From the human T2T-CHM13v2.0 reference genome, Homo sapiens: a stretch of DNA of 64,000 nucleotides. The notes beneath the pieces were generated by a model. That model saw only the letters and a program-made list of their open reading frames with translations, did not search any database and had not been told where the DNA came from. Every line of letters begins with the position of its first letter. The stretch's first letter is position 1. Of the stretch, positions 13,057-30,854 are shown piece after piece. Made by a program: the position numbers and the translations under genes. Location of the stretch: NCBI RefSeq assembly GCF_009914755.1, contig NC_060926.1, one strand, 5' to 3'.

Positions 13057-14967
13057 CTAAATGGGGTCATGGTAGTTACTGAAAGACCTAGACTTAGACC
13101 TAGACCTAGACTGGCAGAGGCAGCTTCTTGATCCAGGCTTCCACAGTCACAGAGGCAGGGTACAAAAATGTGGTGAGCCACATACTGGATCTATATGTTT
13201 CTGCCCAGAAGCGACCCACATCACTTCTGTTCACATTTCATTGGCCAAAAAAGTCACTCAGTTATGCATGAGTTCAAGTGGGTGGAAATACAAACCAATA
13301 TGTCTAGGAGAAAAGATTGGGACATTAGGCAGCTCTAATCTCTACAGCGCCTTCCTTCTGCTTCTGTGTAATCCCCCGCTCAGCCCAGAGCATAGATTCA
13401 GTGAGTGCTGTTGGGAATGGTGAAATAATGTATGCAGCGGTGCAGTCAGTGTGGGCCAAAAGCTCAGGCGTAGTAGGCTTAGAGAGCAGCGCTCCACCCT
13501 GCAGCAGTGTGGGGGGCGCACACAGCCTGGTACAAGGGGCATCCCTGGTAATGGACACCAAAACAGTAGCTCCAGACTAGGGGGTCCAGTTACTGGACCT
13601 CAGTGAAATGTGAAATCCTTTGTATGAAAGGATTTGTATAAAAGGATTAAAAATAACCCACCTATTGGCTGGGCATGGTGGCTCACCCCTGTAATCCCAG
13701 CACTTTGGGAGGGCGAGGTGGGAGGATCACTTGAGCCCAGGAGTTCGAGACCAGCCTGGCCAATATGGCAAAACCCTGTCTCTACTAAAAATACAAAAAA
13801 ATTAGCTGGGTGTGGTGGCAGGTGCTTGTAATCCCAGCTACTCAGGAGACTGAGGCAGGAGAATCACTTGAACCCAGAAGGCAGTAGTTGCAGTGAGCCA
13901 AGATCACACCACTGAACTCCAGCCTGGGCAAGAGAGTGAGACTCCATCTTAAAACAAAAACAAAAAACACCCACCTATCAACACAACACACAAAACACCG
14001 AGAATAACTGAAAGAATACAACTGGGTTGAGAGACAGGAGACACTTCCATTGTATGGTTTATATACTTCTGCATGGTTGAGATTTCTACTATAATTATAT
14101 AATATTCTAAAAAAATATATTTTTTATTTTATAAAAATTAATAACTAAAATTTACCCTCCCACTAAGTCATATAAATTATCTCATTCTATAACTATATAT
14201 TACAATACATAAATTATATATTTATTACTGACTTGAATGAGTGGGAGGTGGTAGTTACTTACCTTAGAATGTGGGTTGTGCCATTTCAAATCTTTTTGCT
14301 GTCTTCATAAGATGTTGAATTGAAGAACTGTTTAGGGAATCATTTTATATGTAGGGAACTGGATCGGTTGGACTCCACCTGACTGTGAGAATCAAGTGTC
14401 TGATTTCCAGAGTCTTTGCCATTTGACCAAAACTGAGTAAGCTGCATGCTTTTGCTAGTGGGCATAACATAGTTCCACTCGGGTTTGGTACTCCTTACAT
14501 TTGTGGCTAAAAGGAAGTATCTGAAGAATTCTGTAAAAATGTAGAAATTTAATCTGTATGTGATGAAGGGGAAGATATTTCAGTATAAAGCTGAAAAGAG
14601 AATTAGCTTATAACTGAAGAGGAGAATGATGACCACTTTTTAGTATCTGCCCAACACACGTGCCTGTTTCTGTAAAAACAACCCCCCGTAACTTACATGC
14701 ATAGATCCTCTGTATTCCATTTGTGTTATGGAACTTTGCTCCCCTGGCCATTGTTGATCGGAATACTGGTAGATACAGAAGCTATGCTCTTCCAATCTCT
14801 CTAGGAGCTTGGAATTGAAACCAAGAGAAATTAGTTATTCCCCAGTATGCATGAAATGGGAGGGCATGTGTATCTGTTAAGATTAAGCTTAGTTGCACAC
14901 AAAAAGAAATTTAAAATAAAAATGGCTTAAGATAGAAAGTTATTCACAAAGTCAGATGATAAGTACT

Positions 14968-15344
14968 TGATGTGGTTTGGACATGTCCCCACCCAAATTT
15001 CATCTTGAATTATAGTTCCCATGATCCTCACGTGTCGTGGGAGGGACCTGGTGGGAGGTAATTGAATCTTGGGGGTGGTTACCCCTATGCTGCTGTTCTC
15101 CTGATAGTGAGTGAGTTCTCACAAGATCTGATGGTTTTATAAGGGGCTTTCCCCCTTTTGCTCATTCTTCTCCTTGCTGCTGCCATGTGAAGAAGAATGT
15201 GTTTGCTTCCTCTTCCACCATGATTGAAAGTTTCCTGAGACCTCCCCAGCCTTGTGGAACTGTGAGTCAATTAAACCTCTTTCCTTTATAAATTACCCAG
15301 TCTCAGGTATGTCTTTATTAGCAGCATGAGAACAGACTAGTACA
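14968..15344 (+). mobile_element. THE1 solo LTR (ERVL-MaLR)
   Basis: Starts TGATGTGGTTTGG...CCCCACCCAAAT and ends GACTAGTACA. 5-bp TSD GTACT (14963-14967, 15345-15349). Confidence 0.9.
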
Positions 15345-15868
15345 GTACTCAAGAGTTGGAGTGGGAGCTCCACTTCCTCAGAGATCCTTTCAGTGCATCT
15401 CTTCATCTGATCTCTTCATTCTCACATTCAAAATGTGGCAACCATAGCTCCAACAATTATATCTGCTCCCCACTCAGAAGGATAAAGGAAGAGAAGAAGA
15501 AAAAATAAATAAAACAAGAAGGATCAAAGAAGAGAAAGGCTCACCCTCTTTCTTTCAAAGAGCCATCTCATTGCCTAGAATGTAGCCATGTAGCAGCATG
15601 GGAAAGGTAGTATTTATTCCAAGTGATCTGTGCCCAGTTAAAACTGGGGAGAACGAGACCAAGGGTATTGGGTAGGCAACTAGAAGTCTCTACCATATTT
15701 AAATTCATGAGCTTAACCAGGCTTGGTGGCTCACACCTATAATCCCAGCTACTTGGGAGGCTGAGGTGGGAGGAGTGCTTGGGGCCAGGAATTCAAGACC
15801 AGCTAGGGCAACATAGCAAGACCCCATCCCTACAAAAAATAAAAATAACGGCCAGGCACGGTGGCTTA

Positions 15869-16201
<333 letters not shown>

Positions 16202-16683
16202 CTATACAAACAGAAGGAGGAGGAGAGACAGAGAGGAGAAATATGCAGGAAGAGGAGGTAGGAGACCACACAGCTTTAGAGGGTGGTAGAGAAAGGGTGA
16301 CTGCTTGGTTTCTCAATGGCATTTTACGTCTTAATTTCTACCCTATGAAAACTGACTGCAGACTCTGTCTTTGTTTTCTATGAGATGCCTCTATATTATT
16401 ATCCTTTCATATTGTTTTTAGTGGGTTTCTATTTTTCTGCAACCAAAAGAGCTAAAACTAAAAGTTGCTAAAACCAAGGATGGAAAAGTATGCAAATAAC
16501 TTGTCACATGGCGTGCCAAAACAGCAAAAGCCTTGGAGTTCAGAAAAAGGAAGATTCCATCAAGAAGGGCTGGGAGCCAGGATTCCACACAGCTTTGGAG
16601 CGTGGCTAGAATTTGGTATAAAAGATAGAAGGGCGTTTCATAGACTAGTGTCAGTTAGTTGCAGAAAACTGAAATTCTAGCTA

Positions 16684-17169
<486 letters not shown>

Positions 17170-17905
17170 TTAAGTTCACAAACACCCCAGTACGGCTGCG
17201 GTCCAGGAACCATTGCCGCTGTTGTCATCACCACTCTGCACACCCCGGGTTAGTGATTGAATGCTACAACACTGAATTTACCTCCGCCTCCTGGGCTGAA
17301 GTGATTCTCCTGCCTCAGCCTCTCAAGTAGCTGGGATTATAGGCACCTGCCAACACGCCCAGCTAATACAAAAATTGGTTGGGTGGGGTGGTGGGTGCCC
17401 AGCTGACTACAGCTGCCTCTGCAACTGGTTATTAACTTGCATGACGCTATCTGGACCCAGGAACATTGCTGCAGTGCAGAAAACTCAACTCCTCCACCCT
17501 AATCTTCCTTATCAGCAACAACAGATAAAAGGTGGAGGAAAATGACCTTCACCTCATTTCTGCCTTTTATACCCCTCAGGGGTTGATCTAATTCTTGCAA
17601 TATCCAGATCCCAGATGCAGAGAATTCTGTGCCATGTAATTTCTAATCATCTCAGCCTCTGCTATATGGAAAAAAAGCAAATACTAGAGGGACATGGAAA
17701 TGGCTATTGAGCAAGAGAGTTCACCATAGCCACCACTATGATCTCATTTAAATGGTACGGAGGAAACTTTCTCTAGAATATCTAGATCCTTTTATAAGAA
17801 TCTGAACCATGTTTGTGCTTGTAACTCTAGAATGACATGCAACATTTTAAACAACAAATCAAAACTACCTAGTTAATTCAAATGAGAACAGTGTTAATGG
17901 TATTA

Positions 17906-18192
<287 letters not shown>

Positions 18193-18446
18193 CTATCTCA
18201 AAAAGAAAAAAAAAAAAAAAAAACTTTTCTTTGAAGAATGATCTACTGCAGGGACCAGTTTCACTACTTCCAGGGGAAATTCATGTGATACAAATGGGAA
18301 TTAAACACCCACCAGAGTTACCTCAGGGTATCCCCTTCTAAACACACTGCAGTCAAATCAGCTAGGAGTTTTACTAGAACGTGAGCTTTATATGGTAGAC
18401 ACAGCTAACTGTCCATGAGAAATGTATGCTTTTCCTTTTCATATGA

Positions 18447-18845
<399 letters not shown>

Positions 18846-19269
18846 TAACCAATGACAAGCTGTGTCACTGTCAAGCCACAGCGCTTAAGAAGTGTTGGGC
18901 TATCTGTTCTTTTCTTTTCTACCTATAGACTGGGGACGCACTAAGCCATCTTAGAAGCCATATCTTGAAAATGCCAGTGCTGTCTTCAGCCTAGATCCCT
19001 AAATAACTGAGTGAAGAATAGCTGCCCGAATCCTCATCCCCTCCTGCCCACCTAAAACTGCCCAGGATAGTTGACAGCAACAAGAAAAGCTTCGTTGTAG
19101 CTAATATTACCCTAATAAATTCCGAATATCCCTTGTCTTTCATCTTACAACCTTCCTAAAGTTTGCAATATGTGTTGCCAAACATCAGCTTCATCACTCT
19201 CACCCCTCCCTCAAAAAAGACAAAAACAAATCAAAACAAACACAGTGAAATACAATATTTTTCTAGTGT

Positions 19270-19275
19270 TTTATT
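19270..19275 (-). terminator. Candidate SCYGR1 polyadenylation signal AATAAA
   Basis: tttatt on the + strand. On the minus strand it is followed about 25 nt later by a GT/T-rich tract (tgtgtttgttttgatttgtttttgtc), typical of a downstream element. Confidence 0.55.
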
Positions 19276-19868
19276 AAATTATATTTAGGAAGATAAGGGA
19301 ACACTAGAAGCTGTAGCCAATATATAGTATACAACGAATATAAGCAGGTAAATAAGCACAGAATTTCCACATTTAGTAAATGTTTTGAAAGAATGGAATA
19401 TATTAGTAATCGTTATTTCATTCCACTGAGCTCATGAATGTAAACTTTTGAACTTTCATCAGGTAAGCTACGGCCTGTTTTTGTTGCAGTGCAGATTATA
19501 ACTGATGAATCATATGAGATTAAAGGTGATTTTTCGTGTTAACAAATTTTAATGCCCACTATAGCAAAGGTATATATATGTAAAAGCATAAGATACATAA
19601 GAGAAATCTTCAGAGCGTGAGGCTGGAGAGCCTGTGAGTTTAGTTCTGCGAACTCAATAGATCTCAATAGATTTACATGTTGTTAAAACTGAAAAGCTCC
19701 TTACTAATTCTTAGTTCAAACTTATTAGTTTATAGGTGAATAAGCAAGACTCTGGGAGGCTGACTGACTTGTTTGTGGCTGACTGCTGTGGCAGAGCATG
19801 GACTTGAATTTGGGCTTGTGACTTCTAATCAGGTGTATTTATATGAAATCACATGCTGCTCTCTCTTG

Positions 19869-19913
<45 letters not shown>

Positions 19914-19914
19914 A

Positions 19915-20233
<319 letters not shown>

Positions 20234-20334
20234 ACCACTACTCAATATTTAGGTGAACCAGAGGAGATGAAAGTATACAAAGTCTACAAATCCAAGCCCA
20301 AGAAAGGGCACCTGCCCAGAGGCTGGGGTCCCTC

Positions 20335-20601
20335 CTAGCAACAGCATTGCTTCTGGCAGCAGCACTTCTGCTGGCAACAGCCCTTCCCACAGCTGTAGCC
20401 ACACGAGCTGCAGGTGCGGCGGCAGCAGCAGATCACGGGAGTGCTGCAGCAGCCTCCACAGCAGCCACGGCAGCAGGGGCAGCAGCTGGAGCAGCAGCCC
20501 ACCCGGTAGCACCTGCAGGTGGTGCATCTGCCACAGCCACCACCACAGCCACCACCGCAGCCACCACAACCACCACAACCTCCACAACCACAGCAACCCA
20601 T
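20335..20601 (-). CDS. SCYGR1: Small cysteine and glycine repeat containing protein 1 (KRTAP28 family), intronless, 88 aa
   Basis: Intact ORF MGCCGCGGCGG...CCQKQCCC with 35 Cys and 22 Gly. Strong Kozak CTGACACC-ATG-G, TAG stop. Its position just upstream of TM4SF20 matches SCYGR1; the paralog number is assigned by synteny. Confidence 0.9.
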   Translation of the reverse strand: MGCCGCGGCGGCGGCGGGCGGGCGRCTTCRCYRVGCCSSCCPCCRGCCGGCCSTPVICCCRRTCSSCGYSCGKGCCQQKCCCQKQCCC

Positions 20602-20685
20602 GGTGTCAGTAGAGAGGACTCATCAAGTAAAATCAAGTAAAATCAAGTAGGAGCAACAAGTAGTTTCAATGTCATGCCTTGAGCC

Positions 20686-20694
20686 CTATTTTAG
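20686..20694 (-). promoter_or_regulatory. Degenerate TATA-like element of SCYGR1
   Basis: CTAAAATAG on the minus strand about 85-93 nt upstream of the ATG, where KRTAP genes usually carry TATAAA. Confidence 0.4.
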
Positions 20695-20773
20695 AGCTGT
20701 GGCCGAGGTGCCACGGGCCCTCCTTCACAGAGGAGGTCTCCACCGTTGGTGATTCTTCAATAATCACAGGAGT

Positions 20774-21086
<313 letters not shown>

Positions 21087-22478
21087 TCACAGGAGTTTTT
21101 CATGCACCCAGTACCAACCTCAGATCTAGGCAAGATCTAGGCCCAGCCCTGGGACGTGCACTTTAGTATCCCACATATCACAAGCGTACAAAAAAAAAAA
21201 ATCTATGTAAAAAACGCAAGCCCTAATCCACCCCCACCACTCAGGACCCAGAGCTTAGCCCAGAAGCCTAAATATGTGCAGCTGGGACTGGTACTGCTCA
21301 GGGACCTGCTTCTTCGTGTCTCTTGCCCCACGACCTCAAAACAAGGGCTGCCAGCTTCTCCATGCCATAGAGGTTTGTGGATTGATTCCTTCAAAGTGTG
21401 ACAAGAATTTGTTGGAAAATACCTAAGTAAGAGAAAAGATGGGTTAACTTGTCAAATCCTTCTTCTCAGCATGACTAAACAATATTCTTGTGTAATAAAA
21501 TATTTCCAGTAAGTAGTGGCAAGAATCCAGTTTCTTGCTCATTGCATTCTGCCCCATTGTTGGAGGTACTGACGTGCTCGTGTGGTATTTACAAAAATTG
21601 CATGCCGTCACTGAGCAATGTTTGCACCATGAAACAATTCATATTTTTCTTAGGTTTGTTTACATGTAGGTCTCGATATAGCATGCATGAAATAGGCTGA
21701 TTCTTTATGTTGGCAATAAATGGACATGAAACACTAGACTTGTTAATAATTTTACTTTCATAATATACTTTCTTAAATACACTTACATGTTTAAAGGTCA
21801 ATAAATATTGCAGTTCCCTTTAAATAATTTTATTTAAAACTTGGATGTTCATTTTTTATAATTTGAATTTTGCTTTTTAATTATGTCTTTAAATTTCAAG
21901 AATTTTAAAAAATTTTGAAGACTTTTTTTAAAGAAAGTTAACTCTTAAGGATGTGAAAAATACTTTTAATTTTGTTACTTTTAACTTCCTTTATTTTGTT
22001 CTCTTAATAAAAATCTATTCAGATTTTTTGGGACGTGACCCCAGGCAATTTTATTACTTTATCCCTGAACCTCAGTTGCCTCAGCTATAAGATGGGGATA
22101 ACAATGGCACCTATTTCATAATTATGCAGATTAGATACACTAATGCAAGGAAAACACTTTAGTATGTGCCTACCACATGCTAAACACTCAACAAAGGTTA
22201 TCTGTAAACGCTGATGTCTCAAACAGGGATGGGATATATTGAAATTTTATAGTTAGAATACCGTTACATTTTGTTTTTAATCTTTTAAATCACTGTCAGT
22301 AGAATACAGATTATTTTTAAATTATTTATAAATATTTAAGAATTTTGCTGAAATGACAGTAGGAAAAATATTCTGAAACAAATAAATGATTTTTGAATTA
22401 TGTATTATTTTATTATTTTATTATTCATCTGAACATCCTGCCCCATTAGCAGAACATCTAGCCATAATACAACAGTGA

Positions 22479-23376
<898 letters not shown>

Positions 23377-25577
23377 TACACATTGTTTTTCGTTTAGTTG
23401 TTATGAAGGCGTATTTGACAAGGCGGAAGGATAGAATACATTTTATTTAAAAGTCGGTAACATGATCTATCACTTTTAAATATTTGAACATACCGTCTGT
23501 AGGCTTCCCTTTGTACTCAAATCTCAGTCCTGCAAATGATAGGGCTAGGCCTACGTGCTAACAAAAATGGAGGGCATCCGAGCCCAGGCATTCAATGACC
23601 CAGCAGCTCAGAGAGCAGGGCATGCTCAGGACACACAATGGTGTGATGGTGGACCTGGAGCACAGTGGGGAGGGAGGAGCCCTGTGATAGATGGGGCCAG
23701 TTAGGAAGGCGGCTCAAAAGCTGCTCTCAGATGTTTGTGTTTGTGTTTATCCCCGGGGGACTGGGATCACTGACGGCTTAGACAGGGGAGAGGAAATCCC
23801 AATAGCCCATGGAGCAGGGGAGCTGTTCTTCCTGCAGGGAAGTCGGTTATGATGCTCAAAACCACACCTTCTAGGAGGGAAACCCCGAGATACTATTTCC
23901 CTTCAGTCATTGGATAGGAGGTAGGGTCTGGGTAGGACCATTTCAAATCTAACTTTTGGAAGGAGGTGCCACTGCCCTTAGAAAAAGGGAATAGGCTGGG
24001 CGCAGTGTCTCACGCCTATAATCCCAGAATTTTGGGAGGCCGAAGGGGGCGGGTCACTTGAGGTTAGGAGTTCGAGACCAGGCTGGCCAATATGGTGAAA
24101 CCCCATCTCTACTAAAAATACAAAAATTAGCAGGGCATGACAGCAGGCACCTGTAATCCCAGCTACTTGGGAGACTGAGGCATGAGAATCACTTGAACTC
24201 GGGAGGCGGGGGTTCCAGTGAGCCGAGATGATGCCGCTGCACTCCAGCCTGGGCAACAGAGCAAGACTGTCTTGAAAAGAAAAGGGGGGGTGTTGTGTGG
24301 TGTGGGGAACTGATTATTGTCCTTCCCCAAATCACCTGAGGAAGAACAATATTAAGATAAAAGAGAGCACATTCTTTAAAATGAGATACCTGGTCATTCC
24401 TTCTGTTGTTCGTGGGATGCTATAGGTAGGACACTGTTGGGGAAATGTTCTTGAATGTGAAATTGGAAGGGGAGTCATGGTGAATTAGGAAAATGCACAG
24501 CGGGTGCAAAGTAGCCCCCTCCAGGTGTTTGGCTTGTGCAGGTCCCTCTCACTTCATGGCTTAAGAAAAACAAACAAACGAAATCTCCTTCAGGTCTTGT
24601 GTCTCCATTATGTGGTCATTCTTTTGATCTGATGTCACATTCCACGTTTCATTGCCTGACTGAAAATAAACATTTATTTTCATTCATAGGATGCTGACTT
24701 CCATCTGAATTCCACATGAATCTTGGCATTTATTATTTCCCATCTCTCCAAAATGCTCAGCTCTGCCCATAGGCTCAACTTGAAGCAATAAAAGGGAAGT
24801 AGCCAAGAGCTTACTTTCTCTAACTTTTTTCTTTTTTTTTTGAGATGGAGTCTCTCTGCGCCGAGTTTGGAGTTCAGTGGCATGATCTCGGCTCACTGCA
24901 ACCTCCGCTTCCTGGGTTCAAGCAATTCTCCTGTCTCAGCCTCCCGAGTAGGTGAGATTACAGGTGCTCGCCACCAGGCCCAGCTAATTTTTGAATTTTT
25001 AGTAGAGACAAGGTTTCGCCCTGTTGGCCAAGCTGGTCTCAAACTCCTTACCTCAAGTGATCCACCTGCCTCCGCCTCCCAAAGTTCTGGGATTACAGGC
25101 GTGAGCCACCGCTCCCGGCCTCTCTACCTTCTTTGTCCCACAGGAAAAAGGAATATGCTTCTTTGGGAAGGACATGAACTAGGGCGACAGCAAAAGGAAA
25201 GCGAATGTGGGGCTGTTTTGGAGTCCCATACACTCTCAGCGGCAGAGCAATATTAAAACTTCCTAGAAGACATCTGAGCAGCAATTCTAATAATCATGTA
25301 TTATGTATCTGCAATAAATAAACCATGAACCAACTAGCAAATTGCCTTGCTTGTTTCTCAGCAGAAGTTATTTTCCATACAGCTTTTCATCTAGTGACCA
25401 CCATTGTTTAGACTTGGATGTTTGACTGCAGTTTTGTGCATGTGGCAGCGCATGACAATGTTTGCAGTGTTGTTTAGAGTCACACAAACTTACAAGTCAG
25501 TGGGGGGATGGGTTCAAGTATAGCTTATTAATTCAATTCATTCAGCAAATATTTACTGAGAGTCTACTATGTGATAA

Positions 25578-25703
<126 letters not shown>

Positions 25704-26187
25704 TGAGGAGAGTAGCTGGGACTCCAGGCACGTGCCACCATGCCTGGCTAATTTTTATATTTGTAGTAGAGACGGGGTTTCACCATGTTGGCCAGGCTGC
25801 TCTCGAACTCCTGACCTCAAATGATCTACCCACCTCACCCTCCCAAAGTGCTGGGATTACAGGCCTGAGCCACCGTGCCCAGACGATAAGCACTTTTCTA
25901 AGCATATGGGATATCTCACTGAAAAAACTCAACACAAATCCCTCCTCCTTGAAGCTTCCATGCTCATTGCAGGAAACAGAAAATCACCCATAAATGTGAG
26001 CAAAGTAAGGAAAATTGAAAGTATAAAGTGTTTCTTTTGTAATTTCAAATGAAATCATATCCATAATGTATGCTATTATACAGCTTTTTATAAAATGAGA
26101 CAAATCATATAGTGCAAAAGATCTCAAAGACAAAGGAAAAGGAAAAAACAGAAGTTGCAGAACCATATAAACTCATTTGAATATGGC

Positions 26188-26188
<1 letters not shown>

Positions 26189-26216
<28 letters not shown>
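26189..26216 (+). repeat. (TG)n microsatellite
   Basis: About 14 uninterrupted TG units. Confidence 0.95.
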
Positions 26217-26218
<2 letters not shown>

Positions 26219-27441
26219 CTGAAAAGATACATAGCAAACAATGTTTCTCCAAATCTCCCACTTACTTACCATATACCCACTACCACAAGCTGCAGCAGAC
26301 ATACTGAATATCTCACTTTGTCATGGTGGATTTTTTTCCAAGCCTTCCTTGGAGCTCTGGGGGCCTTTTGCAGCTCGGCACTTTCTGCAGATGTCTCTGC
26401 GGCAGTTCTGCCCTTGCCCGGCCCAAGGCAGCTGCAGCATCTAGCTTGTGGCCCTTTTCCATCTCTTCTGGGAGCTGCCTTTATTCTGAGCCAGCTCTAC
26501 ACTTAAAGGGGCGTTTGTTCTATTTTATCCCGAATTCCTAAATGTTTTGTGGAGACGGAAGGCTTTTTAAGATATCTAGTCTACCATATCTCCAGGAATA
26601 AAAATGATTTCTATAAATTTTTAAAACCTATGTAAAATTAAAAGTAAATTAAAATTGAAAACAATTATATTTGTTCATTCCCTATCTGTTCTTGCATGAA
26701 ATGTATTGACACGAGGATGCCACATCATGGAAAGAGAATTCTTTGCATATGAAAGCATTAGGAGAGACCCTTAGGAAAACAGATGAAGTCCTCCAGTGTG
26801 AGAATGCTGTCAGGAAAAATATGCCAGTGCCCTGTAAATAAATCTGAGTTTTTCTTTGTTCTAAAAATCAGCACATTGTTGTAATGATAACCTATGTTTT
26901 TCTCAACTATGAAACAAAATAATTTTTATTTATAATTTTGAGTTTCATTTCTAAAGCTAGGATTGTAACCAAAACACTCCTAAATTATTTAATCTCAAAC
27001 TGTAGTTCCTCTTTCAAGTCACTTCAAGTTTTTCTTTTTTTAAAACCTGTACCAATGATCCTTGGATAATAAAGACCTCCAGTATTCCTTCTTGAAGATG
27101 AAGATTCTGATACTCAAAGAGTTTGAATGCTTTCCTCAAGGCTTCCCCAGTGGTGACTTAGAGCTGAGGTTTTAGGCCAGGTCTTGGTGATCCCAGGGAG
27201 CAGGCTCTGTCCATCCCCTGCATAAAGCCAGAGAGGGCACCACCTGCACCTGTGGCATTTTGCCAGCCCACTTTCTATTTTGCTTGTTCCACTTTTTGTT
27301 TCTCAGCCCTGTCTCCTGTATCTTGGCCTCTTGCTCCATTGGGCCACAGGACCTGAGGTCCAGTTTTGAGTTTGCTTTGCGGGCAAAAATTCTCTATCTC
27401 TTCTTCAGGCTCCACCCTTCACAACTCCAGGTGAGAGACCA

Positions 27442-28197
<756 letters not shown>

Positions 28198-29126
28198 GAA
28201 CAATACCCTGATGGGGACAGATTGGAAGGGGCCAGCCTCCCTCTGGGCCCACAGCTGACAGGTGAGGGGCATTGGAGATCATGTCCCATATCCTGCTTCT
28301 GTGACATCACTGTGATTATCTTGAGGCTGATACCTGGACCTGGCCAGCTTAGTACCTGAGTCAGTGGGAGGGGTTGCTGTTATAGCCTGTTGTGGCTGCC
28401 TGGTTCCCTTTATCATTTCCTGCCTATGGATTCCATTGCCCATATTCCTGCCACAGATGTATCACGTGTTCAGTAAATGATTATTTAATACTCTATTACT
28501 GGAAATAGATGAATAACCTCATCATTGTTAATGCAGTTCACAGTGTACTTATGACAAAGTTTTAAGTACTTGTGATAAAGTTATAAGTTACATCATTTCC
28601 AAACTTTATGTTTTCTTAACGTGAAGACTGCATATTATGTGTGTGTTTTGAGGAAACTAGACTTTCTGAACACATAGAGGTTAATCAACATATGGCATTA
28701 GAATCAAGGCCAGTTTCTCATACAGTGAATATAGAAATGAGACTGAATTATCCATAATCATGTGTATCCAAATGCTAGGGACACTCAACCGTTGTCTATC
28801 TTATCCTTAAAGTCTCAAGGACTGAAGCAAAAGGGTTGCTTGAAGCCAGGAGTTCAACAGCCTGGGCAACAGAGCGAGACCCTGTCTTTACAAAAAATTA
28901 AAAAATCAGCTGAGTGTGGTGATGTGCTTCTGGAGCCCCAGCTACTTAGGAAAGTGAGGTGGGAGGATTGCTTGAGCCCAGGAATTCAAAGCTTCAGTGA
29001 GCCATGATTGTAATACTGCACTCCAGGCTGGGTGACAGGGTCTCAAGAAAAGGAATTATTTAACCTCTTTCTGCAGTTAGGAATTTTTTTTTCTATGTGA
29101 CTAAGCTGAATGCTTCTATAGGTTGA

Positions 29127-29529
<403 letters not shown>

Positions 29530-29875
29530 TAAAGTGCTGGGATTACAGGCATGAGCCACCATGCCCGGCCTTATTATAAGTTATTTATACTTCCTTAGTT
29601 CTGTTTCATCTTTCCAGTCTTGCTCATTTCTCCCATTTCCTGTTCAATTCCCTTCCCCACCTTAAGCCCCTCGGTGAATTTCCAGAACTTCCAGAATAAA
29701 ATCCAGACCCCTTAGGATGACTTATGTGGCCCTTCATCAGTCATAGGTGGAGCTGCGGCTTTCGTTGACCTCTGCTTTCAATTTTCCCACTCACTCACCA
29801 TTTTCTTCCTGCTCCGGCATGGCCAGCCTTCTCATGCTCCAATAAATGTATGGCATGCCAACAGTGGGGGTTTCA

Positions 29876-30194
<319 letters not shown>

Positions 30195-30854
30195 TCAGTC
30201 AGGATTGAAACAGAAAAAAAATGCCCCTCTAGAAACTGTTTTTGAAGAAAAGAAGAATTTAATTTGGAGACTGTTATGTAAACACATGAAAGGATTGGAA
30301 CCAATGGTTGCTGTTAGCCTCACCAGGGAATCAGGAACATCAGGAAAATGGAGGAACTCTCTGCTGAGGAGCAGAGAAACCACACGGCCAGCACAGGAAA
30401 CGCCAAGTCATGCCTTTGCCAAAGCCCACACACCCATCTGCACTGTACCTGCTCGCCTAACACACCTCCACGTCTCAGGAGCAGAATGTGCCCTGCCTCC
30501 AGAGCACTGGGGTATCAGAAGCTCAGATTCCAGGATTCTAGGCCCTGGGGTAGAATTCTAGCTCCTGGTGCAGGGGAGAGGTGGAAGGGGATGGGGGGAA
30601 TAGACCAATACTCAAAATTGTTCTTTTTACTTCAGTGCTCTTGCCACATACCTTCCAGAAGCTCTTCCCTTATCATCATATCCATTCTTTCCAGAGGTCT
30701 TCAGTCCCATCCTCCTTCCCCTTGTCCAGATACTCACTAAGACTGTATCATCTCTCACCATTTGTTAGTACCTGAAATAAGCATATGTATTCACTTGCTT
30801 ATTTTCTGTTTTATCTTACTATATATAATCGCAGTGATAGCAAACCCCTCACAT

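Noticed and set aside
13084-13111. (GACCTA)n short repeat, and the 11-bp duplication agatctaggc(a) near 21123
   Set aside because: These are short slippage products with no further supporting signal.
20249-20640. Overlapping ORFs of 115 aa (W/L-rich), 97 aa (A/T-rich) and 67 aa
   Set aside because: These are shadow frames of the repetitive SCYGR1 codons, and most begin at non-ATG codons.
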